Assembly (NCBI GenBank): GCA_964187785.1
Contig: OZ076414.1
Location: forward strand, 4,402,001-4,466,000
From: Amphiscolops sp. MND2022
Lineage: Eukaryota
Length of the DNA: 64,000 nucleotides
Direction: 5' to 3'
The position numbers were made by a program, and so were the translations under genes. Numbering within the stretch: the first letter of the stretch is position 1; each line of letters starts with the position of its first letter. Below the pieces are notes generated by a model that was not told where the DNA came from, made no database searches, and was given only the letters and a program-made list of their open reading frames with translations. Below, piece after piece: positions 11,105-22,186 of this stretch.

Positions 11105-12523
11105 ATGCCTGAGAAGTCTCAAAAACGAAAGTTGAGGAGTGACCAGTCGACTAGCCAGTTCGACATAGAGACCGCAAGCTCAATTAACGACGAAAACGCG
11201 GTACTTTCGGAAAGGGATTTTGAAGACATATCTAATAAAATTGAGAATAAAATTTCCAAGCGTCTCAGAGACACTGAACTCAATCAACGTGAGATATTAA
11301 AATTGATCGAGAGCCTGTCGTCCAAAGTTGACAACCTATCGAGCGTCAATTCTGAACAAGGTTACTTGACGACCAGGACCGAGAATAGTGGAAACCCCAC
11401 TGAAGAACTAGAAGAAGTTAGTTTGTCTAGGAACGAGAGTTCCAACATGGTGACAGGAGTAATTAGCGAACCGACCTCCAGCAACACCACCCACCCCCGA
11501 TCTTCGAGCCTGCCGCCTCCAAACCAGAGGCACTCCGACGAAATCATCGACAAGCTGTTAGAATCCCTGTACGCAACACAAAAACAGACAGCACAATTAC
11601 CCCGTCTACCAAAAGCGCTTGCCACGACAATGCCAACATTCGACGGTAAAAACGAGAAGTTTGAACTCTTCGAAGATTTGTTTCAAACAAGCTTGAAGGT
11701 CCATCCCCAAATAACGGAGCAAGAGAAAATACATTATTTCCACTCCCTACTGCGAGGAGACGCCTTGCAAACCTTTCGGAACATGACCGAAACAACCAAA
11801 ACCAACCTGAACGACATCATCGCCGGATTCAGACGACGATATGTAAAAACCCAGTCAATAGCCACTGCTAGGTGTAAGTGGGAAAACCTCACATTCGACC
11901 CGGCGAACCAAACATTCCAAGATTTCTTGGAGAACTACCAGAAACTTGCCCAAGAGGCATACGCCGACGATGCACCCCGCTTTATAGAAACCTCCTTCTA
12001 CGCAAAAATGCCGATACATCTCAAAAGAGTGTTAAATCAAGCACGCCTTGAAACAGCATCATATGAAACGATGGTCCAGCACCTAGAGCGGGAGATGGAG
12101 CTCAACGGATTGGCAAATCCAGAATCCACTACATTTACCGGCATACACAATGTCGAACCCGCCAACACATCCAACCAGGAGAGACACCCGAAAACTGCAA
12201 GCACGTGCTTTGGCTGCGGACATCAGGGCCACCTCCTCCGCAACTGCAGGAAGACAAACCGAGTCAAACGGAATCAAAAACCCCCCAGCAATAACATCAC
12301 CGACCCCTGCGAAACATGTGGCAAATTAAGCCACGAGACTAAAGACTGCTATTCTGGGGCGAACTGGGCAAACCGCCCTACATGGTGGAAAACGCCTAAA
12401 CCAACAGGCGCCAACAGTATACCCCTACCACAACAAACTGCACCCGAAACTATACAACAACCTTCAGCAAATCAGCAGCCACAAACCGTGGCACAACCAC
12501 AATACCAGCCAAAAAACTACTAA
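11105..12523 (+). CDS. gag: Gag (472 aa from the first AUG), with two CCHC zinc knuckles
   Basis: Capsid-like MPTFDGKNEKFELFEDLF...LRGDALQTF; knuckles CFGCGHQGHLLRNC and CETCGKLSHETKDC. The first 114 codons lie inside the LTR. Confidence 0.93.
   Translation: MPEKSQKRKLRSDQSTSQFDIETASSINDENAVLSERDFEDISNKIENKISKRLRDTELNQREILKLIESLSSKVDNLSSVNSEQGYLTTRTENSGNPTEELEEVSLSRNESSNMVTGVISEPTSSNTTHPRSSSLPPPNQRHSDEIIDKLLESLYATQKQTAQLPRLPKALATTMPTFDGKNEKFELFEDLFQTSLKVHPQITEQEKIHYFHSLLRGDALQTFRNMTETTKTNLNDIIAGFRRRYVKTQSIATARCKWENLTFDPANQTFQDFLENYQKLAQEAYADDAPRFIETSFYAKMPIHLKRVLNQARLETASYETMVQHLEREMELNGLANPESTTFTGIHNVEPANTSNQERHPKTASTCFGCGHQGHLLRNCRKTNRVKRNQKPPSNNITDPCETCGKLSHETKDCYSGANWANRPTWWKTPKPTGANSIPLPQQTAPETIQQPSANQQPQTVAQPQYQPKNY
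11448..11460 (+). other. Primer binding site, tRNA-Leu-like
   Basis: TGGTGACAGGAGT directly follows the LTR end; one mismatch to the Leu-type PBS TGGTGTCAGGAGT. Confidence 0.65.
12511..12517 (+). other. Candidate -1 ribosomal frameshift heptamer (gag-pol)
   Basis: A AAA AAC is in the correct gag phase two codons before the gag stop. The -1 frame is open from here into the protease ORF. Confidence 0.75.
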
Positions 12524-12603
12524 AGCCACGTCTTCGCTTCGGGGATTACACCGACTTCAGATACTACACCATCTCTGAACCCCCGAAGGACTTCGACAAG
12601 GAA

Positions 12604-14397
12604 TTGTTTATGGAATGCTCAGGTGAACCATCGATCGACTGGCAGCGACGATGGCTCATAAGACGCATCATCAAGTTCAACAAAAACACCCTGGACAAAC
12701 TCCCCTACCCAGACTGGTACACCCAAAACCCCACCCAATACAACACAACACGCAGACCATTACTTCCCAGCTCCACACCCGAAACTTACATCTACGACCC
12801 CGACTTCGAATGCGACCCCTACTACAACGATACTCTATATGACTCAACAAACCTTGTCTTCAGACAGTCAATCAACGTACCATTTCATGAATTCATAGCC
12901 AAAACCAACATGGACATCTCGACAACTCCAAAAAGGAAAGACGACCTCAGTCATACTCCCGAACCTCAGGCTGAAGAAGAACACGACACAGAAATCACCG
13001 TGATCGTAACACCTCCAACGACTTCCCTCAAGTCAATCCTCAAACCCAACAATCAACCACCACTGGTTGACTTCCAGTCACCCACGAAACTCCCAGCCAC
13101 CTCCAATGAAATCCGGGCAGCTATGACGTCGTCCCCCTCCAGTCCAGAGAGTCCTGAACATAAATACTCCACCCCTAAAACCCTGGTTGACGACACAAAA
13201 GCCGGGGACCAAACAACTGCAAGTCAACCCACAACAAAACCGAGAACTCGCCGCGTCAAACGAACTCTGACCTGCGAATTCAACCAGCAAACAGAAGCTA
13301 AAACAGCGACAAACAGCCCACTTATCACTACCCAAACCTCAAGAGAAGAGCCAACCAATCTAGAACAAGATGAAGAATGGATTCAAACCAACAAACAATT
13401 GAATGAAATTGCAATTACAGACCCAGAAACAAGCGAAAAATGCATACCAATTTTTTCGGCCATCAATCTGAAAAAGAAAAGGAAAATGCTCTTCGCCCCG
13501 ATGGATTTCAACAACATTTCAGTCGATGCGCTTGTTGACTCCGGAGCACTCGTCAACTGCTTACCAGAAAGCGAATTTCAGAAAATCAAAGCAGTAAGCC
13601 CAGACAACATCCTCAAGGAAATGGATCCACCAACATTTAAATTGCAGGTCGCAAACGGCGAGATAGAAACCCCCACGAAAACAGTTCAACTACAATTTGA
13701 ACTAGGCGACTGGACGTTGAAAGAGACGTTCATCGTAGCCATAAAGATGACAGGACCCATCCTCGGACTAACGTTTCTCAAAAACAACAGCGCAATCCTC
13801 GACGTCAGTCAGGCCCTCTTACATTTCCCACACCTGACATACGCAATTTCTGCAGACGATAACGAGACAATCTCAAGACACCATAAAGTCACTACCAAAA
13901 CCCAACTCACCATCATGCCCGACCAGTGTGTAACAATCGAAGCCGGCATCAACCTACGTACCCTGACAAACACCACAGGAATCATCAACCCTACTGAACC
14001 ATACTCCGGAGAACACCAACTGGTAGTAGCCAGCTCTCTATCAACGGTTACAAACTCCAAAATCGAAATCAGGGTTACCAACACATCTCCAAACCCATTC
14101 ACCCTCAAAAAGAACACAAATCTCGCAGAATTCACCATTCTATCCCCCCAGGAAGCCAAGCAACTCCACCCACTCAACTCTGCAGCCCTAAAGGTATTAG
14201 CAGAAGACGATTCCGAACAGGCGCTAGAATATGTAAACGAACTCCTCAAATCGTCTGAAAAGCCCCAGACGGTTCAAAATTTCTGGTTCCCCACACCGGA
14301 CAACCCAGGAGACCCATCAACGCACACACCTATCCAGAGCAGGATACTGAGAGAGGATAGAAGAACTGGAAAACATCCAGAAACTCAATCCTCATGA
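12604..14397 (+). CDS. pol: Pol segment 1: N-terminal extension, aspartic protease, dUTPase-like region; frameshift near 14354
   Basis: Protease ALVDSGALVNCL and ILGLTFL. The reading continues in another frame (IEELENIQKLNP...) into the RT ORF. Confidence 0.9.
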   Translation: MFMECSGEPSIDWQRRWLIRRIIKFNKNTLDKLPYPDWYTQNPTQYNTTRRPLLPSSTPETYIYDPDFECDPYYNDTLYDSTNLVFRQSINVPFHEFIAKTNMDISTTPKRKDDLSHTPEPQAEEEHDTEITVIVTPPTTSLKSILKPNNQPPLVDFQSPTKLPATSNEIRAAMTSSPSSPESPEHKYSTPKTLVDDTKAGDQTTASQPTTKPRTRRVKRTLTCEFNQQTEAKTATNSPLITTQTSREEPTNLEQDEEWIQTNKQLNEIAITDPETSEKCIPIFSAINLKKKRKMLFAPMDFNNISVDALVDSGALVNCLPESEFQKIKAVSPDNILKEMDPPTFKLQVANGEIETPTKTVQLQFELGDWTLKETFIVAIKMTGPILGLTFLKNNSAILDVSQALLHFPHLTYAISADDNETISRHHKVTTKTQLTIMPDQCVTIEAGINLRTLTNTTGIINPTEPYSGEHQLVVASSLSTVTNSKIEIRVTNTSPNPFTLKKNTNLAEFTILSPQEAKQLHPLNSAALKVLAEDDSEQALEYVNELLKSSEKPQTVQNFWFPTPDNPGDPSTHTPIQSRILREDRRTGKHPETQSS

Positions 14398-14470
14398 CAG
14401 CCCTGAAGACAGAGCAACTTTCTTATCCAATTTCAAGTGGACGGATTTACAACTCAGTGATGAAGACAAA

Positions 14471-16024
14471 ATGGACATAGAAGCAATCCTTGTAGAATAC
14501 AACGATATCTTCGCAAGGCACCGCCTTGATATCGGAATCAACAACGAATTCAAAATAAAGCTCACCCCCAAATCCGAACAGCCAGCGTACACTCAAAGCC
14601 TACCCTGCCCAGTCAACCTGAAAGACGACTTGACAGTCGAATTGGCGTTAATGCACTACTACGGCATAATCACCACGCTCCCTTTCAGCAAGTACGCAAG
14701 CCCAATATTTGCCCAAAGAAAACCAAACGGACGCCTACGATTGCTAGTTGACTTACGAAAGATCAACAACCTCATTTCCGACGATTATATAAACAATAAT
14801 CACCCTGTGAGCACCCTCTCGGATGCAGCTCAGCATTTAGCCGGAAAGAAACTGTTTTGCAAGCTTGACTGTTCTCAAGCCTACCACGTCCTGCAAATGG
14901 CAGACCAAAAATCAGTGGAACTCCTGGCGTTCAACTTTGCCAGTCGGACATTCGCCTACCTGCGACTCGCACAAGGGCTCAGCAGATCTCTCTCCTCCTT
15001 CTCGAGCTTTATGCGGGAGTATCTTGACCGAGTCATCAAAGCCGACAAGTGCGCCCAGTACGTCGACGACATCGGGATAGCTACCCATACTGCCGAGGAG
15101 CTGAAGAACAACCTGCGTGAGGTCTTTCAGTGCATAAGAGAAGCAGGTCTGCGTCTGACAATGGCTAAATGCCAGTTCGGTGCCAAGGAAGTCGAATTCC
15201 TTGGACGAACGTTCTCACCCGAAGGAATCGCCCCACAGAGTCACAAGATCAAGAACTACCTCCAAAAACTGTCGTTCCCAAAAACCAAAAAGGGCCTCCA
15301 GAGGTATATTGGTTTCGTTAATTATTATCGGAACTACATACCTCGCCTCTCCGAAAAGATAGCACCCTTCCACGAATTAGTCAAGGCAGACAAAGCAATC
15401 AAGATCACAAACGAGATCATCGGGGCATTCGACAACATCAACAAGGCACTTGACAACGCTTGTGGGCTATGGCTGAAACAACCACTACCCAACAAACAGT
15501 ACGTCCTCATGACAGACGCGAACTTCAAAAATGCAGGCTACGCCCTCATGATTGAAGAAAACGCTGATGAAAAACTGACCTCAGTTAAAAAGACTTACGC
15601 CCCGGTAGCGTTTGGTTCCAAGACATTCTCTCCGTCCCAAATCAAAATGTCAATATATGCCAAAGTATTCTTGGCTATATATTTCGCCTTCATGGAATAC
15701 AGCCACATATTGTGGGGATCGACCAAACCGGTCATCGTCCTAACAGACAACAAGTCCGTCACACGGTTTTTTCAAACCAAAATAATACCACCAGCTTTGT
15801 GGAACGCCTGCGATTTCGTCCTACAATTCAACTTTACGATCGCCCACGTCCCAGGGCGCATGAACACCGCAGCTGATTTTCTTTCCCGACTTGACCTAGA
15901 CCGAAAGGAAAAAGTCCAACTCTTAATCCGAGACGACATTCAAACAGCACCAATAGAGGTACACATTCAATCCTCCAACGTCGCAGAACGTTCTCCAACA
16001 GTTCTACTTCCTCCCCGACGATGA
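14471..16024 (+). CDS. pol: Pol segment 2: reverse transcriptase and RNase H; frameshift near 16000
   Basis: RLLVDLRKIN, KLDCSQAYH, LAQGLS, YVDD, FLG; RNase H MTDAN...TDNKS...ADFLSR. Confidence 0.95.
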   Translation: MDIEAILVEYNDIFARHRLDIGINNEFKIKLTPKSEQPAYTQSLPCPVNLKDDLTVELALMHYYGIITTLPFSKYASPIFAQRKPNGRLRLLVDLRKINNLISDDYINNNHPVSTLSDAAQHLAGKKLFCKLDCSQAYHVLQMADQKSVELLAFNFASRTFAYLRLAQGLSRSLSSFSSFMREYLDRVIKADKCAQYVDDIGIATHTAEELKNNLREVFQCIREAGLRLTMAKCQFGAKEVEFLGRTFSPEGIAPQSHKIKNYLQKLSFPKTKKGLQRYIGFVNYYRNYIPRLSEKIAPFHELVKADKAIKITNEIIGAFDNINKALDNACGLWLKQPLPNKQYVLMTDANFKNAGYALMIEENADEKLTSVKKTYAPVAFGSKTFSPSQIKMSIYAKVFLAIYFAFMEYSHILWGSTKPVIVLTDNKSVTRFFQTKIIPPALWNACDFVLQFNFTIAHVPGRMNTAADFLSRLDLDRKEKVQLLIRDDIQTAPIEVHIQSSNVAERSPTVLLPPRR

Positions 16025-16472
16025 CATTGAAACCGAAGAACAAATTTGGGAGAGGAAGCAAAGAGCCCGCAAGAAGATTCTAGGGAACGACACCCCACCA
16101 ACGCCAGGAGAAGAAGCAAATAATGAAACAGTCCAAACAGAAGACACCACAGTCATATTTCAAACGGAAATAACAATACACAACAAAACCACCGAAGACC
16201 AAGAAAACACCCTCCCAACTGACATGCGACACCAACAGGACCAAGACAGTGTCCTCAGAAACTACAAACTACGCCTCCTCAAAGAACCATATGATGAACA
16301 CCTGATGGCCACAGACCACAGAGCACTCCGTTACACAGCGCAAGAATCGAGAATCATACTCAAGGACGGACTGCTATACCGGCAGTAATTCGGAGAAACC
16401 GGAACAGTCAAACACCTGCAGGTACTACTCCCGGAGCAACTGGTCGACTCCTTCATCGAGGCACACCATGGA

Positions 16473-17891
16473 ATGCACAACAAACACCCGGGAATAACGA
16501 AAGTAATACAACAATGCAGAGAAAAGTATTACTACCCAAGTCTCGCAGCAAGAATAGCCAAACATATCAACCAATGCATGAAATGCATGCAAACAAAACG
16601 AACAGACAATCGCCTCCTAACCCCACCAATGATCGACACGTCCAAACTGGCAATGGGACCGGAAGATGCCCTACAAATGGACATTGTCCCCATCGACGAG
16701 CCATCCAACGGATTCACAGCGATAGTCACTGCCATGGACGTCTTTTCCCGCTACCTATTTACCTATTGTGTCACCAAAATAGATGCCCGCTCGATCGCAA
16801 GAGTACTGGTAGACATAATGACAAGACATGCTTACCTGCCCACAACGATCATAACTGACAAAGGAACACAATTCATGTCCGAAGTAGTGGCTGACACCAC
16901 ACGCGTTCTAGGCATCCAATTGAGACACGCGACTACAAAACATGCCCGAACAATTGGTATCCTAGAACGCTGTCATGCATCATTAAAAGAAGCCCTGAAA
17001 ATATCAACAGGAGAAAGGAGAACAATGTGGCACCAGTTCGTACCAACCGCCGCACTAAACTACAACACAACCTACCACTCAGCACTAGGGTGCGAACCCA
17101 GTAGAGTATTCCATGGCAGAATACCATACAACGTGCTTGACTTAAAGTTCGGTCTCAAACAGAGCCAAACCCAAAACCCAAAAACAGACATAGGCGAAGA
17201 AGTCGTCCAGAAGACCCGGATGATACACCAATCAGTAACCAAACACCTCCTCCACTCCTACATACGGTACAAACAGTACTACGATAAAAAAGCTTCTGCC
17301 CACCCCCTAGCAGCAAACGACTACTGCTACGCCTTACACCCCCAGGCAAACAACCAGGGATCGAAACTACCTTTCCGCGAGTATTTATGGACAGGACCAT
17401 TCGTAGTAGTTAAAACCCTTCCCAACAATAACTACCTAGTTCGTAAATTACAAACGAACAAGACCCAAATTCTACACAGGATACGACTGAAACCATGCCC
17501 CACGAAAAATCGCCTTCCCGATATACAAGTTCAAACCAAGGACTTTCAACCAGACGATGAAGTTGAAATCCTACATGATGACCTATACGCCCTAGCCTGG
17601 CAATCAGGGTTTGAACACTTCGTGATGACCCATAACCACGATTCCAACAACGAATCGGCAATCAACCCGACCGATAGTCATGACGTCTTAGAAAACATTG
17701 CCCAGGATGACACCCACCATATCCTAAAGGAACCCCAACCCGACCAACAGGAAATCGCACCCGAAATCGACCCTAACCCAGAACCCAGTTCTCCCCGGAA
17801 AGGAAAATACAACCTACGCAGTAACCCCCCTTCAAATTGGAAAAGAGATTATGCTTATTACGACTCCGTGGTCGTTGACGCAAGCGAATAA
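16473..17891 (+). CDS. pol: Pol segment 3: integrase (HHCC, DDE, GPY/F); in-frame TAA upstream near 16386
   Basis: H-x4-H (HGMHNKH) ... CMKC; QMDIVP, IITDKGTQF, GILER; WTGPFVV; C-terminal KYNLRS. Confidence 0.95.
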   Translation: MHNKHPGITKVIQQCREKYYYPSLAARIAKHINQCMKCMQTKRTDNRLLTPPMIDTSKLAMGPEDALQMDIVPIDEPSNGFTAIVTAMDVFSRYLFTYCVTKIDARSIARVLVDIMTRHAYLPTTIITDKGTQFMSEVVADTTRVLGIQLRHATTKHARTIGILERCHASLKEALKISTGERRTMWHQFVPTAALNYNTTYHSALGCEPSRVFHGRIPYNVLDLKFGLKQSQTQNPKTDIGEEVVQKTRMIHQSVTKHLLHSYIRYKQYYDKKASAHPLAANDYCYALHPQANNQGSKLPFREYLWTGPFVVVKTLPNNNYLVRKLQTNKTQILHRIRLKPCPTKNRLPDIQVQTKDFQPDDEVEILHDDLYALAWQSGFEHFVMTHNHDSNNESAINPTDSHDVLENIAQDDTHHILKEPQPDQQEIAPEIDPNPEPSSPRKGKYNLRSNPPSNWKRDYAYYDSVVVDASE

Positions 17892-18192
17892 ACTCTTAAA
17901 ATGAATTCGTGAGATGGTACACTGACTACCTACTCGTTTATTACTACATACTCAAGACAAAACGATTATCAGGAGCAAGATTGTATTACAACACACTCCA
18001 CAGACCAAGGAAGACCTAGCCTCCTCATTTTTTTTCTGGACTATGAGCTCTTCTATTTTCATTCCAGTTTTCTCTGGATAATACTAAATCAGAGATACAG
18101 ACAACAACAAAGGATGAAAGACAAATTTACAAACTCTAAATGAAAAGTACCCGAAAGCACAAACGGTTTAACTCAGTTTCAAGCGAACTTCA

Positions 18193-21100
18193 TCATTTGC
18201 GCCGTCCTTTCCCCTTCTTACTAGGGGTTTTCGACTTCGAACTTTCCACAGTAGACAACACTTTACGCTCTTCTCGCGTCTTCTGCAGGATGCGCGTCAC
18301 ATCACTAGACCGGCCAGGACTGAATAGCAAAGCAGACTCGTCAAATGCAGCAACAACAGGTCGAGGTGGAGTAACGGGAGACGCGAATTTAGCTGTACTA
18401 CCACACACTTGACCACCCGATTCGTCTCCGGAAGGGGTAACGTCACATGAAGGGGACACACTTGAACCAACAGCGCTAGTCAGCGACATTTTTGGCAACG
18501 AACTCATTCGCTTCCGCCAATCATCCATCCGCTCCAGGAAATAGGCATCAAACCGATCTCGTAAACTGCGATACAAATCTTGATAGCCCAGACAATACAA
18601 CGACGACCAGGGAGCGAAACTAGCATCCCCTAAGAACGAACGACCAGCAGGCAGATTCACTCTTAGATCATCCAAGCAATCCTTGGTCAACAACTCCCCA
18701 GAAGTAAATCCGGAAAACGAAACATAAGACTGTACTGTAAAGACAGCTGACATCAAGATCTTCCGAGGCACTGCAACCCCACTCAAAGAAATGTCAACCT
18801 CAGCATAATCCACAACACGAGGAACTACAAGGACGGATGACAAAGACACTACACGAGCCAAACTTCCCCGACATGCCAAAGCCTCCGACTGACGCAAATA
18901 ACTAAATATGTCTTTAATACTAGACACCACCTGCCGATTACTCCGCCGAATCTCCACCAGAAAAGACTTGAATTCATTGCAGGCACTTTCAGAATCAATG
19001 ACAGTCAGCCGACCACACTCCTGATAACAGGCTACTAAGCCCCGGAACAGTTCAATGGCATAAGACTCATCTCCCAACAGAAGCATGTCAGGAGAGAGGC
19101 AACTCAGATTTGATGCCAGACGGGAATCCATGAAACACGAACTGTTCAAAACTTTGAGGAACTCCATCATGAACCCATAGCCCTCCCGAAGGAACGACTT
19201 CCGAATAGCTTCGGGGCTCCCAGCCAAAACAGAAGCGAAAAGGGGCTCAGTTTTCAGACACTCCACGTAAGAAACAGTTGACCACGTGGTGAGCGGCCGT
19301 CCAATATATGCGCTCCAATCACCAATCTCAGGCAACTCAGATAACTTCTTGACTTTACTGAGCAAACTCCAATAGAAGAAGCAGAACTCAGCATACCCAC
19401 GACAACTGTAATCAGTAATCGCTTGAAGAAACTGCTTTTCAAAATTCGCTTGGAAACAGACAACAACCACATGTAACACGCACAAACGTGGTAGAACCCG
19501 TGCATCTGCCAAAACCATCTGATTTAAACCAAGTGGAGTTCTGCCCCGGGAGGAAGTTGACGCAATACCATCACTCAAGAACAGCTTGATATCACTCCAA
19601 TGCCCAACAATCTCCTCCAAGACCGCCCTGAGAGAAGCAAACGGGATGTCATGCCCCAGGATACACTTTCGGAGCGTCACTAATCCCATCATCCACGGCT
19701 GATTTAAACCCCGCCCCAATCGCAGCATCAGGTAGTCCAGCAAGGCAAAAGGATCTAAAGAAGTATTACCAACTTTTGCTGCCTCTTGCACGTGCTCTTT
19801 CAAGTTCTCAGGAGTATACTCAGAAACTAGCATTGGCTTGGGCCGACCTTGGGACTCACACCACTCTCTCACAACATTGAACAGAGTTGCTGAACAACCA
19901 CGCAGAGCCACTGGCGACTGATCTGCAGGAAGAAGCGCGAAAATCCGACTCAAACCAACAATCTCGGCATCACACAGCCCAGGCAGCTCAGGCTCCCATA
20001 GCACACAAATCTCTCGCAGGGAGTCATACGATACACAATAAACGAAGAACTGAAATCCATCATGATGTTTCCTCACACTCACACTGAAATCTGAGTCTTT
20101 AATCCAAGTCTGTACACGCCGAAGAATACGAGGGTATAACGTCTGCCCCAGGATAACCAAGGACTCAGTTTTGCTCCATGTTGCTTGAGCACAGTTGGAC
20201 TCCACCGGCAAGGTAGCTCGGAATTGATTCCAGATACGCCTCAAAAACATGTGTGAACCACCACTGCGTAATAATTCGAACAGACCACCAACCAGCACGG
20301 ATGAAGGGACATTCGACTCAACTCCCACCAAAGCATCAACTTCGTCTTCGACAAAGGGATTCTTACGCCCCAAAACAACTGCTGGCGTTTTCTCTACTTC
20401 AGCGCGCAACTCTGCCGATATCGAAGCAACGGGCACCTCATCAAAGCTCGTCGTGTACAGGAATTCCTCATGATCCAGACGATAACGGCGATCTTTCAGG
20501 AAATGGCCCTTACTGCCAAAGTGACGCCAGATCTCGGGCTCACCGACTGAGGAATGAAATGTCCCGTTTACAAATGGCGCAGTTGAAACCGCTGGGACCT
20601 TTATCCGAGCGACGACTGACGAACAAACGAGGACATGCATGGTCAGCCATCTCTTTCCGCAACACATGACGCTCTGTCTGCTGTTTCTTACGCCTCTCGT
20701 ACTTGGCATACAGACGCTGTTTAGTGGTCTCCTCTGCACTCAGCTGGGTCTGGGCACAATGCATATGGATACCCTTAGACTTCAGCAAACGCACAATCTG
20801 CTCCAGACCTAAAATACAGGATGCACCATATATAAAAGCAGCGATGGAAGACAGTGAACTAGAACTTAAAAGAATGACCAACAAAAAGAAACCAAAACAA
20901 TAGAACAGCAACTACAAGCCACTAAAAACAGGACCCAAACAGGGAAAGGAAAACTGAAACTACGGAAACAAATAAGGACTTACGACGTGTCAGAGTTTGC
21001 TCTTTCCGTTGATCACGACTCCTCTCCAGACGTACTGCAGCCTGACCGAAAGCCAACACCTGAGAGGACGACAGACATACTGCTCCAGTAGGCACTTCAC

Positions 21101-22186
21101 TGAGTCCAGCTGCAAAATACAACGTGGTCAAAACCAAAGGAATAGTCCGAGATAAGCTACATGCAAAGAACAAGCCGCAAAAAAAAACAAAAAAAAACAA
21201 AAATAGAAAAAGAGGGAAAGGGGAGAGGAGAAGAAGTAAACAACTGATAACCTTTCGCCCATTCATTGTGGACGATAGACCGCTCAAAACCCGTCGGCGG
21301 CCGTGTGTGCGAAGTCCTCTCCAAACGAGGCAAGGGCTCCTCAGTAGCACCTGAACCGACCACATCATCAACAATAGCGGCAGTTCCACAGATACAGGCA
21401 CCAGAAAGATGCTCACATGATGCAGAAACCTCGCCACCAAGAACATTGAGTGAATCGCCTAAACGAAACCAGACACATTTTCATCTAATAAGATACCCTA
21501 ACACAACCAAGACACACGAAATACCTACCGGCAGAGGGCAGTTCTCCTGGTGCATCCTCCCCGACCATGTCCCCACCAGCACCAACACCATCAGAGACAC
21601 GAACACGCTTTGAACCAGTTGCTGAGACAGCGGAAGACAACCGCTTCGCGCGGCGACCAGTCGACCCAGCACCATCAAGGATGAAGTCCTCATCTTTGGA
21701 ATCATCACTATGCCCTATAACAACCGGTAGAAGAATGACGCGTCTGTATTCTAGCAAATCGACGTTAACTGGCCACTAATGTCATGCTAAAGAACTTACC
21801 ATATTGGTCGTGCAGGAAATCGAGATCATGCCGTGCGTCACTCCCTGAAGAATGGACAGAGGCATCATCATTATCACCGTCATCATCTAGATCAGTCAGC
21901 TCATCATCGCTCTCCTCGATCTCACCGAAACCAGACCGCGGTCTGCGACTTCCTTCCCACTAGCAGCTGATGAACCAGGTCTTCCCACTGGACCTTCTTC
22001 AGAAGACTCCACAATACACAAAGTGTTCTCCTCGCCAGAACTAGCATTACCAGCCCCACTAACTTCTCCACTCGACACATCGACTCCAACAGATTCACCT
22101 CCTATATCTCCCACATCACTCTCAAGAACGCCCACCTGGCGAGAACGCAAGAAACGAGCAGCATCCTCATCTGTTGAATCTGCCAT
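18193..22186 (-). CDS. Antisense five-exon gene (~1170 aa), hAT-transposase-like C-terminal portion; two frameshifts in this copy
   Basis: Coding exons 22186-21800, 21714-21529, 21458-21252, 21109-20984 and 20808-18193. All four introns are GT-AG and phase 1; internal exons are 186, 207 and 126 nt. C-x2-C-x16-H-x5-H finger reconstructed across a frameshift near 20542; a second frameshift near 21937. Confidence 0.82.

Larger units (their letters stand above)
9373..11447 (+). repeat. 5' LTR (2075 bp)
   Basis: TGTCACAG...TTCCAACA; colinear with 23031-25105 at a constant 13,658 offset, about 22 substitutions counted by eye. Confidence 0.97.

Noticed and set aside
11448-11455. PBS contains GTGACA, complementary to the LTR start TGTCAC (possible self-priming)
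   Set aside because: Only 6-7 bp; the predicted TSS is far downstream of the LTR start, so the RNA 5' end would not contain it; a tRNA-Leu PBS explains the sequence.
20540-20739. ORF-track N-terminus of the 848-aa antisense ORF
   Set aside because: The first ~65 aa are in the wrong frame; the zinc finger and the spliced reading lie in the alternative frame upstream of the frameshift near 20542.
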